Below, in pieces: positions 48,225 through 56,905 of a stretch of DNA of 64,000 bases. Position numbers and translations under genes: made by a program. The stretch's first letter is position 1, and each line of letters starts with the position of its first letter. The notes beneath the pieces are model-generated. The model saw only the letters and a list, made by a program, of their open reading frames with translations, was not told the DNA's origin and did not search any database. The stretch is from an uncultured Bacilli bacterium (GTDB taxonomy: Bacteria; Bacillota_I; Bacilli_A; RF39; UBA660). The stretch spans positions 7,315-71,314 of the forward strand of contig CAKPHU010000007.1 in assembly GCA_934162125.1 (NCBI GenBank), read 5' to 3'.

Positions 48225-49823
48225 TTAGGCTATAGGAGCCTGATTATTATCTAAAGCAGGAATTTGTTCACTACTTTTAGTTAGAGGAATTAAAGGTTGT
48301 GGTGCTGTATTAACAACTGGTTGTTTTAATTCCGTATTTACGGGAGCTGCATTGACATTAGGGGCGATTGTAGGAATTAATGGTTTAACACTGCTTGCTT
48401 CAGCAACAACATTTTGAACTGGGGCTGGTGCAGGAGAAGCAATTGTTGGGATTAATGGTGCTTGGACAGGAGCTGCTGGAGCTTGTTCTACTACTTGTGC
48501 TGTACCTAAAGCTTGTGGTACATCAGTAGATTCACCATCATCTAACTTTATTGGCTCTATTGTTTCATCAAGTAAAGCTTGTTGTTGCTCGTCAGAGATA
48601 GCTTCTGCTTTAATTGGTGCTTCAACTGTTACTTTTTTCTTTTTATCTTCATCGACACTATAATCTGTAGTGTCACCATCTTCAACAATTATTTCGTTGT
48701 TAATGATATTTTTGTTTTCCTCTTTTGGTTTATCAGCTGCTACATCAGCTTCAAATTTATGTTCATCTTCCATGTGACTAGTAATTTCTGTTATATCAAT
48801 ATTTTGATTTTCAAGATATTCAATTAAGTGATTACTTGGCTTTCTTAATTTTGGCTCTTTATCAAATAATTTTTGATAAATTGTTCTACTTTGTGGTTTA
48901 TTATCTTCATCAACATAGAACTCTACTACTTCATCTACTTCACGATGAAATTTCTTTAGTTCTTTACTGTAATAAGCTCTAATATGAACACCTAATTGTA
49001 CATAACGATAGATTGTTGACAAGAACTGATTTACATCAATATCTGTTTCCATCAAACTATACATACGATATGGGATAGCAGAAGCTTTATCAGCATGGAT
49101 TGTTGATAAAATGTTGTGTCCTGATGAAATAGAGTTACGAACAGCCATAACTGCTTCGGCACTACGTACTTCGGAAAGTAGAATCCATTTTGGATTCTGA
49201 CGCATACAAGTTACTAGGACATCTGTATAACTTGCTACGTTATTTGTTTTCATAGCAACTATATCTCTTTGAGGGAAGATTTTATCTAAGTGTAATTCTA
49301 GAGTATCCTCAATTGTGATTAGTTTTTCATTTGTTTTTGTGTGACTAGCTAGGTATTTTACAAACTCAGTTTTACCTGAACCAGTTTCACCAGAAACTAT
49401 GATGTTACAATGGCCTTCTACGCATTTAATTAAGAAGTCGTGGATATCTTGAGTAAAGTAATCTTCTTTTAATAATTTCTCTTTTTCTAGACGAATCTTA
49501 GCTGGTGTTTTACGAATAACCATTGCAATACCATTAGTTGCGATTGATTGGTGTACAAAGTTTAAACGTAATTCAGAAGATTCAGCATCTAAGAATGGTT
49601 TAGCATTATTGAAAGTAGTTCCCATAACGTTTGAACATTGGAAAGCTAGTTTCTCAACAAATTCTGGAGTTGCTCCATTTACTTCTACTCTTAGAGATCC
49701 TTGCGTTAATGAACGAATCCAAATTTGTCCATTATTATCAAAGGAAATATCCGTTATATCATCATTTTCTAGTAAAGATTTTAGGGGTCCAAAATCCAAT
49801 TTATCAAATATATTTTCGTTCAT
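48225..49823 (-). CDS. CpaF/TadA-type secretion ATPase (T2SSE/VirB11 superfamily) with low-complexity C-terminal extension
   Basis: Walker A VSGETGSGKTEF, Walker B region RQNPKWILLSEVR, His box GHNILSTIHA. The last ~170 aa are acidic, then Pro/Ala/Val-rich with PLIPTIA repeated. Confidence 0.8.
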   Translation of the reverse strand: MNENIFDKLDFGPLKSLLENDDITDISFDNNGQIWIRSLTQGSLRVEVNGATPEFVEKLAFQCSNVMGTTFNNAKPFLDAESSELRLNFVHQSIATNGIAMVIRKTPAKIRLEKEKLLKEDYFTQDIHDFLIKCVEGHCNIIVSGETGSGKTEFVKYLASHTKTNEKLITIEDTLELHLDKIFPQRDIVAMKTNNVASYTDVLVTCMRQNPKWILLSEVRSAEAVMAVRNSISSGHNILSTIHADKASAIPYRMYSLMETDIDVNQFLSTIYRYVQLGVHIRAYYSKELKKFHREVDEVVEFYVDEDNKPQSRTIYQKLFDKEPKLRKPSNHLIEYLENQNIDITEITSHMEDEHKFEADVAADKPKEENKNIINNEIIVEDGDTTDYSVDEDKKKKVTVEAPIKAEAISDEQQQALLDETIEPIKLDDGESTDVPQALGTAQVVEQAPAAPVQAPLIPTIASPAPAPVQNVVAEASSVKPLIPTIAPNVNAAPVNTELKQPVVNTAPQPLIPLTKSSEQIPALDNNQAPIA

Positions 49824-49852
49824 TTAACCCACATCCTTATTCTTTTATATTT

Positions 49853-50662
49853 TTAATTAGTTTCATCCCAAACAGTTACACGGTTAATCCAGTCTTTTAA
49901 TTTCTCTGATGATACAGCTAACTCGCCTGGAGTATCTTCATAACTTTCATTAGTTGGTACTGGAATTAGTGTTGTATCATAACTTCTTAAGTATTCAGCT
50001 TTCTTTAGTAAAATGTAGTACTCTTCTGGTACAGCAAATACGATCATAGCTGGAGTTCTTTTTTCATCTAGGTTAGTAAATACTGATTGACCTGATGAAT
50101 CTTTTACTGCTAGAACTTTAACATTTTCAATTAATTTACCTAACATGATTTTATCAGCATCTTCTGTAATTTGTGAGTTATTATCAACTTTATTTACAGC
50201 TTTTAGATAAATATCAATATAATTTTCTGGGTAAATTGAGTTACCATATGTAGTAGTTGTATTAACACTCATGTTGTATAATACGTATCCTTTTGGATAT
50301 TTTAGTAAGATACTTGTTGGTAATTGATCTTCTTCAACTACAGCTGTTGAATAGAATAAACTTCCTTCTGGAATAATACTATCTGATCTAGTATATTTAT
50401 CAATTACTTGTGATTGAGTTCTTAATACGTTACCTTTTAACATAGCTGGTGGAACTTGCATTGTTCCAACCATACTTTCAGTTATTTGTGTACCTGCATT
50501 TATTGTTTGTTTTGCATATGGTACAGTGATTGGATTGATAGCAGATTTAACACGAATGTTATAGCCTATGAATAATACTAGGACTGCTGCTACTACACCA
50601 ACGACAGTGACGGTATTTTTGTTTTGTAAGAATTTTTTTATTCCGCTTGCATTGTTTCCCAT
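49853..50662 (-). CDS. CpaB/RcpC-like pilus assembly protein (SAF domain)
   Basis: The start is set at MGNNASG (50662), after AAGGAAGGAA. One TM, then a SAF-like segment INAGTQITESMVGTMQVPPAMLKGNVL...IIPEGSLF. Confidence 0.55.
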   Translation of the reverse strand: MGNNASGIKKFLQNKNTVTVVGVVAAVLVLFIGYNIRVKSAINPITVPYAKQTINAGTQITESMVGTMQVPPAMLKGNVLRTQSQVIDKYTRSDSIIPEGSLFYSTAVVEEDQLPTSILLKYPKGYVLYNMSVNTTTTYGNSIYPENYIDIYLKAVNKVDNNSQITEDADKIMLGKLIENVKVLAVKDSSGQSVFTNLDEKRTPAMIVFAVPEEYYILLKKAEYLRSYDTTLIPVPTNESYEDTPGELAVSSEKLKDWINRVTVWDETN

Positions 50663-50681
50663 TTCTATTCCTTCCTTTCCA

Positions 50682-51224
50682 TTATCCTGCAATGCCCATT
50701 GTTCCGCCTAATGCGTTACATTGTTCTTCATCTTTAACATTTTCATAGGTTCCATCTTTTAACATACAGATGGCATAACCTAATTCATTGTCTGGATCAT
50801 TATTAGCTTTTTCGATATATTCGTCTTCTGTTTTTATTGATTCAACGATTCCATCAAAAGTTGTGCTCATTAATAAGTTTTCTCCCTCAAAATTTAATAC
50901 TGTGGCAGAGTCAACTTTGATACTTACTTTTGGTGGTACTTCATTTAAATCATAGAAGCCAATTCGATAATTTCTTGTGTTATCAATACTATTAGCGAAT
51001 CTTCTTAAGAAGCTCTCTACGAACTTTTCTTTGTCCATTCGTAGAGAACCATTATCACGATAATATTTGACATCGATTGCATCTTCCATTGCGGCTTTTG
51101 CTGTCTCTTTTACTAAGTAGTAGTCTAATTCACTACCTGTTGAATAATTGGAAATAATGTTTATTAATAATAAGCCAATGATTGCTAGTAAGATAATTCC
51201 TACTGTTAACATACCCTTATTCAT
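50682..51224 (-). CDS. 180-aa pseudopilin-like anchored protein, cassette A copy
   Basis: Leader MNKG then MLTVGIILLAIIGLLLINII. TAATG overlap with the upstream 968-aa gene. Nearly identical to 56906..57448. Confidence 0.5.
   Translation of the reverse strand: MNKGMLTVGIILLAIIGLLLINIISNYSTGSELDYYLVKETAKAAMEDAIDVKYYRDNGSLRMDKEKFVESFLRRFANSIDNTRNYRIGFYDLNEVPPKVSIKVDSATVLNFEGENLLMSTTFDGIVESIKTEDEYIEKANNDPDNELGYAICMLKDGTYENVKDEEQCNALGGTMGIAG
50695..51223 (-). repeat. 529-bp near-identical direct repeat, copy A
   Basis: Aligned by eye to 56919..57447. I found a single mismatch (..AATAATGTTTATT.. versus ..AATAATATTTATT..). Confidence 0.9.
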
Positions 51225-54130
51225 TATTTGCCACCTCCTACAACTTCTGTATATTCATTATCTATCTTTTCACAAGTTGTACCAGTTCCATCATTGTTAC
51301 AACCTACATTTCCCCTAGTCTTAGCATATTTACTGATTAATTCACTTGTATATACTGAGACACCATTTACGACTTTATAATTGCTACCAGTACCATAAGA
51401 ATTAAATTTCTTATTTTTACTGTCAGCTTTAATTTCATTTAATGCTTTGCGATCTAATTCAAATTCATAATCTAGATATTCATCTTTATCAGAATAAATC
51501 GTATTTCCACGAGTTTGAATAGCACTTGTAAGAGCTCCTGGAGTAACTCGATAAGCATCATTCTTTAAGTTTGTTGCAGCGTTTGTCCAGTTAAATCCTG
51601 GTACTCTTCCAGTAGATGTACTTTCAGATGTTTCTTTTCCTTCAGTTGATGGGAAGACATCTTCAAGTTCTACAGTTCTTAAACGATATAATAAATCATT
51701 GTCATCAGCAGTGTTTCCTGGATTAGTATTACCATCTTTAGTTTTATCATAGATTGAATAGAAACATTGTAAGTTAACATTCCAACTATAATAACCAAAT
51801 TTTTCTGTTGATGCTTTGATGTTATAAACTATATCTTTAACTAATTTATCACTAGTTACTTCAGTACCTTCTACTTTTTGTTGCCACCATTCTGTATTTA
51901 CCATAGCTGATTTTAAGTTAGTACAGAATTTATCTTTCTTTTCATGCCATGCAGAATCTGTTTTCTTGTCATAGCTTATTTCACCAGTTTTATTATTAAT
52001 CCATGTTCCTGGGAATGACCATTCTGTTAAGTATTTTTGACTATCACTTATTTCTTTATCACTATTGTAGCAGAAGTCATTTTCTAGGATTATGCTGTCA
52101 CTATCTGTTTTAGTAGCAAGACCATTACCTGGAGTTAAGCTTGCTTTATCATAGTTGATATAATTATCACCATTTGATGATGTTAATTTATTGTTTACTG
52201 TAATTGTAAATGTTGCAGTATTTGTTGAACATGAAGCTGCTGCTTTACATTCTTTCATAACATTTTGATAAGTTTCCATATCAACTTCATAACCAGCTAC
52301 AACATCTTCTTTATTAATGAATTGACCATTTGTTGCCTTACCACCATGGTAGTAACCATTTGCTCTAGCTAGTGGACAACCTGTCCAACTACAAATGGCA
52401 CCACATACTGATGTTCCATAGTTTGCTCTTGCAAAACTATCTGAGAAGACCCAACCTCCACCTTGTGCGAAGTTTAAGTAGTTAGCACTAAAGTCTGTGT
52501 AATATCTTCCTAGTTGATCCCAGAACAAACGATATGATCCAGCGTTCCAACTAATTGTGTTATTAGAATTTATTACATATTTACCATTACGACCATTTTT
52601 TAGAGCTTCTTGAACATCTTTAATACTAGAATTCTTATTAGCTAAAATACAGTTGTAATAAGCTTGAGTTCCTTTTTCGGGTTTATTTTTAGTACATTCT
52701 TGAGAATAATTGAATGTAGATTTCTTTGCAACATTTTCAATAGTTGCAGTTTTATTTACTGATGTGTTAGTAGTAGTTGTATTTTCATATACTTTGTTGT
52801 AGCAAGAATTGATACAGCTTTGAGTATACTTTCCACCATCACATTCATTCACACATTTTGTAAATTCATCATTTGGTCCAGCCGCTGTTCCTACCCAACC
52901 ACCGTCATGAACACAGGCAGGTATTGGTGTACAAACATCATAATCTGATAATTTTGGTTCCTCACCAACAACTTTTGTTTCACATTTTACTTCACTTTTT
53001 ACTTTTACTTTATATTCGAAACATAATCCAGCACGAGTTGCAACTGGTGGTCCATAAGTAATAGTAATTGTTTCACGACATTTACGATCACAAGTTATTT
53101 TCTTACCACTTAATAATGTTGAACTCTTATTAGTTTCTCCTTCAATATAGTAAATATTTTGGGTCTCTGATGTGTTTGCTACATAGTTACCATTAGCAAG
53201 TTTAGTATAAGCAGGACAAGTTAGGCTTAATCTTGTTAATTTATGTTCTGTATCAGTATCAGCATTACCATCTATACGAATGGCATCTGGTGTTACGTTT
53301 CCAATTGAACCAGAAGTACCAATTGTTGTTGAAGTTTTATAACCTTGAATAGCAAAATTAATCATTGATGCTACATCCACTTCTCTAAAGTCGGCTTTAA
53401 CACGTCTACTGTAGCAATATGGTAATTTATCTTGATAATATTCTTGACCAACTACTGTTGGATTGTATTTAGCAAAATCATCTTTATTTACTTTCTTAGC
53501 TAAATTAGCATTAGCACTGTAGTTACCGTTACGGAAAGCTGCACAGATACCATCGTAATTAGTATTTTCAACAGTGGCATTAGAAACGTCACGTCCAACT
53601 TCTACTCTTTTGATGTAAACGTAACCACCATTTTCGCCATTGGCAAGTTTTAATTGAACATCACCTTTGTCATCACTGTAAGCAGTTCCTGCACGATATA
53701 CTCCACAAAGATTATCTGCTTCTTCTAGCATATAGACAATTGCTATTTTAACATCTTGTTCATCATCATAAGGATCATAACTAAATGTTGCAGATTGTCC
53801 AACTGAAATATTATAAGTTAATGTTGGATTTAAGTCAGTACCCGTGGTGTTGACAAAGACAAATACTTTGAATTTACCATCAGATACTTTAATTGTAATT
53901 TTTTTGTTTTCAAAATCCGTTGTTACTGATGGCTGATATTTATCTCTTCCTTTGATTGTGGTACATTTTCCACCAGTGGCAATTCCTTCACCGCTATTTT
54001 TACCTGTATCTTGTTCCCAATCACCATTGAAGTTTTCACCCCAGAATGGTTTAGCTAAAACTGTCGGTGATATCAAGAATATAAGTAAAGCAAGCAACCC
54101 TATTATTCTTTTTTTAGGCATTTGTTTCAT
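51224..54130 (-). CDS. 968-aa secreted Cys-rich protein, cassette A
   Basis: Signal peptide (LLALLIFLISPTVLA). 27 Cys by my count. No C-terminal TM or sorting signal. Paralogue of 57441..60461. Confidence 0.6.
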   Translation of the reverse strand: MKQMPKKRIIGLLALLIFLISPTVLAKPFWGENFNGDWEQDTGKNSGEGIATGGKCTTIKGRDKYQPSVTTDFENKKITIKVSDGKFKVFVFVNTTGTDLNPTLTYNISVGQSATFSYDPYDDEQDVKIAIVYMLEEADNLCGVYRAGTAYSDDKGDVQLKLANGENGGYVYIKRVEVGRDVSNATVENTNYDGICAAFRNGNYSANANLAKKVNKDDFAKYNPTVVGQEYYQDKLPYCYSRRVKADFREVDVASMINFAIQGYKTSTTIGTSGSIGNVTPDAIRIDGNADTDTEHKLTRLSLTCPAYTKLANGNYVANTSETQNIYYIEGETNKSSTLLSGKKITCDRKCRETITITYGPPVATRAGLCFEYKVKVKSEVKCETKVVGEEPKLSDYDVCTPIPACVHDGGWVGTAAGPNDEFTKCVNECDGGKYTQSCINSCYNKVYENTTTTNTSVNKTATIENVAKKSTFNYSQECTKNKPEKGTQAYYNCILANKNSSIKDVQEALKNGRNGKYVINSNNTISWNAGSYRLFWDQLGRYYTDFSANYLNFAQGGGWVFSDSFARANYGTSVCGAICSWTGCPLARANGYYHGGKATNGQFINKEDVVAGYEVDMETYQNVMKECKAAASCSTNTATFTITVNNKLTSSNGDNYINYDKASLTPGNGLATKTDSDSIILENDFCYNSDKEISDSQKYLTEWSFPGTWINNKTGEISYDKKTDSAWHEKKDKFCTNLKSAMVNTEWWQQKVEGTEVTSDKLVKDIVYNIKASTEKFGYYSWNVNLQCFYSIYDKTKDGNTNPGNTADDNDLLYRLRTVELEDVFPSTEGKETSESTSTGRVPGFNWTNAATNLKNDAYRVTPGALTSAIQTRGNTIYSDKDEYLDYEFELDRKALNEIKADSKNKKFNSYGTGSNYKVVNGVSVYTSELISKYAKTRGNVGCNNDGTGTTCEKIDNEYTEVVGGGK

Positions 54131-54911
54131 AATCAGAACCTCCTAAAATTGTTTCTATTTCATGGTAACTATCATTTTTAGTTACTTCATAATCATTTAT
54201 TTCTTCATTTTCTCTAACAAGTCTAGCATCAACTCTTAGGTTGTGTGTTACTAAATCATTCGTTACCTTTGTACATGTAACTAAGGTAAGAAGTTTATCA
54301 GACTCATTAATATCTACTTGATAGTTATAAAAACTATTATTAAGAGCATTTTTTATATATTTTTTTAAGTATGTTTCATCCTTATCTTCTGAAAGATAAT
54401 CCTCTTTTATATCTTCGATAGAAATAGCATATATTTTGTATAAATAATCTTTACCATCGATAGTATATTGAATATATTTATTTTCTTTAGCAAAGTCATA
54501 GTAGACAAATGATACTAATTGTTCAAATCTATTTTGGTCTTCATCAGCAATTAATGGTTGAGAAGAAATGTTTTTAAGATTGTGACCATAAAGAACAGTT
54601 CTATCTGTTAGTTTTGTTACTTTATTTAGAATCCAACTGAAGTCATCTGTTAAATCACTTAGTTTATTAACATCTTCTAAATAGCGAACAGGATAGTCAA
54701 TATTAGTGCCCTGAACTCTTATCCAACCAGTAGTTTCGTATTCTGAACTTTTCGGATCTTTTGTGACATTTTCAACTCTTGATTCTATTTTGTAGTAGTC
54801 TTTCGGAAGGAAAAGACTTGCAATCATCATAGAACCAATAATGAAAGCTAGAAGAATAAGTACTGTGCCATAGACAACATTTCTTGTAGTTTCTTTTTCT
54901 TTCTTTGTCAT
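54114..54911 (-). CDS. class B sortase-like transpeptidase, cassette A
   Basis: N-terminal TM, GWIRVQGTNIDYPV, catalytic His in VLYGHN, Cys in LLTLVTCT, Arg in NLRVDARL. Confidence 0.75.
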   Translation of the reverse strand: MTKKEKETTRNVVYGTVLILLAFIIGSMMIASLFLPKDYYKIESRVENVTKDPKSSEYETTGWIRVQGTNIDYPVRYLEDVNKLSDLTDDFSWILNKVTKLTDRTVLYGHNLKNISSQPLIADEDQNRFEQLVSFVYYDFAKENKYIQYTIDGKDYLYKIYAISIEDIKEDYLSEDKDETYLKKYIKNALNNSFYNYQVDINESDKLLTLVTCTKVTNDLVTHNLRVDARLVRENEEINDYEVTKNDSYHEIETILGGSDYETNA

Positions 54912-54919
54912 TTTCTCAC

Positions 54920-56722
54920 CTACTTCTTTATTTTATATGGACTATCAATAGTTCCATCGCCAGATATTATTTTGCAATTTTTATGTAAATATCCAACTGG
55001 TCTTATATAGGTTGTATAACTATCAGTTGATAAATCATAGAAGACTACACCATTATTAGAAATAAAGTATTTACGATTTTCTTCTAATGATGAATTTAAT
55101 AACCAGTAACCATGTTGCATACCTGGTTCATATGCTGAGAATATTTCATACATATTTGGAGCAGCAAATTTTACTTTGTATTTTTCAACTTTATCTTCTT
55201 TATTATATTTTGCGATTGTTTTGTAAATTGGAACTTCTATTTCTTTGGTAATGAAATATTTTTCATCAACAGTATCAGAAGTTCTTTGATTTATGATGTA
55301 GCCAACGTTACCTTTTTTAGTAGGATTATATTTTTTTACAGTATCGCTATCGGTATAACCGATTTCTTCGTCATTTGGTAAGTTGATGATGTCATCAGCA
55401 ATAACTTTTATAGTACCATCTGTTTCAGTAGAAATAATACGCCATGTATAACCTGAATAAGTTATATATTCACCAGTGTGTCTAGTATTTAGATAGTCAC
55501 CAGCTTTAGCTTTTGGACTTTCATCTAGTGAATATGGATCATCAATACTACCATCACCAGAAGTAATTAAGATGTCTCCTTTGATTGTTATTAAAGGTTT
55601 AATACCAAAATTATAATCTTTAGAAAAACTAGCAGCTCGCATACTGAATAAATCAGTGAACATGTTATAGATATCTTTACTTGCCCAAGCATTATTACTA
55701 TCAAGTGAATTAGCTGTCCAACTAATTGTTGGAGTAAGTAAATAGCTGCCACCATCTTCAACACTAGAATTTATTTCCTTGTTTGATAGGATGTAGACTT
55801 TTCTCTTCTTAGTTTTAGAGATACAACTTTTATTAGTTTCTACTTCTTCATTTTTTAAAGTACCTGTACAATATTCTTTTTCAATGATTAACTTTTGAGC
55901 TTCTTCAGTTAGAAGATTATAGAAATTGTTTAACCATTCATCAATTCCAGAATAGTTGACATTTGCTAAATCAATGTCACTTACTAATTGAACATTATCA
56001 CCGTCTAGACCTACTATTCTAAAAGTTAGACCTGAGAATGTAATGTAGTTATTAGTAACAATTCCTTTATAGATACCATCTTTATCAGTATCTTCTTTAA
56101 CTGTTTCTTTTAACTTTTGAATAACTTTTATTTTTCTTTCCACAACTGTTTTATTTTTAAAACTATCTGTGGCAGTGTAAGTTACTGTATAAGTTCCTGT
56201 TTTTGATGTATCAACGTTACTACTGTCGATTTCAACATCTTTAATATCCATGTTTCCATCTGTTGCATCATAGACTTTTTCTACACCAGGTTCTTTGTAT
56301 TCTTCACCTTTATTTAAAGTTATTTCTTTATCGCCTTTTAATGTAATCTTTGGGCCAGTATGGTCTGATGATGATTTAAAGACTCCACATTCAAGATATG
56401 CATAATATTTATATTCACCATCAACTTGTTTTACTTTGACCCAACTGTTGTTTATAGAACAAGCATCAGTAGTTAGAGGTGTGTATAAATCTTCTTTTAA
56501 GTATGACTCCTTGTATAATTCTTTTAGAGTTATAGTACTTAATCTTTTTCCAGTTGGAAGCTTAGTAGGATTTAGTTCATAATATCTTTTGGCAGCCTCT
56601 AACATTTTATTTTCATTTTTCTTAAATTGAATAAGTGGGGAAATGACTAAGAAATAAGCAAAACCAGCAACAATTATAACCGTAATGATAATTCGTAATA
56701 AACGCTTAGTACTTTCTGTCAT
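54920..56722 (-). CDS. 600-aa membrane-anchored surface protein (Ig-like domain plus two repeat modules), cassette A
   Basis: The start is set at MTESTKR (56722), after AGAGGGTG. One TM. A DUF5011-type Ig-like segment (EYKEPGVEKVYDATDGNMDIK...GTYTVTYTATDSFKNKT). Two modules end ITSGDGSIDDPYSL and IISGDGTIDSPYKIKK. Confidence 0.6.
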   Translation of the reverse strand: MTESTKRLLRIIITVIIVAGFAYFLVISPLIQFKKNENKMLEAAKRYYELNPTKLPTGKRLSTITLKELYKESYLKEDLYTPLTTDACSINNSWVKVKQVDGEYKYYAYLECGVFKSSSDHTGPKITLKGDKEITLNKGEEYKEPGVEKVYDATDGNMDIKDVEIDSSNVDTSKTGTYTVTYTATDSFKNKTVVERKIKVIQKLKETVKEDTDKDGIYKGIVTNNYITFSGLTFRIVGLDGDNVQLVSDIDLANVNYSGIDEWLNNFYNLLTEEAQKLIIEKEYCTGTLKNEEVETNKSCISKTKKRKVYILSNKEINSSVEDGGSYLLTPTISWTANSLDSNNAWASKDIYNMFTDLFSMRAASFSKDYNFGIKPLITIKGDILITSGDGSIDDPYSLDESPKAKAGDYLNTRHTGEYITYSGYTWRIISTETDGTIKVIADDIINLPNDEEIGYTDSDTVKKYNPTKKGNVGYIINQRTSDTVDEKYFITKEIEVPIYKTIAKYNKEDKVEKYKVKFAAPNMYEIFSAYEPGMQHGYWLLNSSLEENRKYFISNNGVVFYDLSTDSYTTYIRPVGYLHKNCKIISGDGTIDSPYKIKK

Positions 56723-56828
56723 ATTGGCACCCTCTTTTTTATCTGAACATAACAAATCAATTGATTCACATCAACTTCATAATAAACATATTTCTATAAT
56801 GCCTATCTTTGCTATTTTACATAATATA

Positions 56829-56856
56829 ATTTTATCATATTTCATTAAAAAGTCAA
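56829..56856 (-). promoter_or_regulatory. sigma-A promoter of cassette A and the downstream operon
   Basis: Minus strand TTGACT-16 nt-TAAAAT with TGA immediately upstream of the -10. Confidence 0.45.
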
Positions 56857-56871
56857 TGAATTATAATGGCA

Positions 56872-56905
56872 TTTAAAAGAAAAAGCAAGGCACTTTTTAC
56901 CTTGC
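56872..56905 (-). terminator. rho-independent terminator after cassette B
   Basis: Minus strand GCAAGG-TAAAAAGTG-CCTTGC followed by TTTTTCTTTT, starting right after the stop at 56906. Confidence 0.65.

Noticed and set aside
56549-56572. NPTKLPTG (NPTKMPTG in the paralogue), a possible sortase motif just after the TM of the 600-aa proteins
   Set aside because: It is neither a true LPXTG (LPTG lacks the x residue) nor an NPxTN-type motif. It sits next to an N-terminal anchor rather than before a C-terminal one. The third paralogue has NPSSLPAD at the same place, so it looks like a structural segment. It is only worth testing if biochemical assays find no other substrate.
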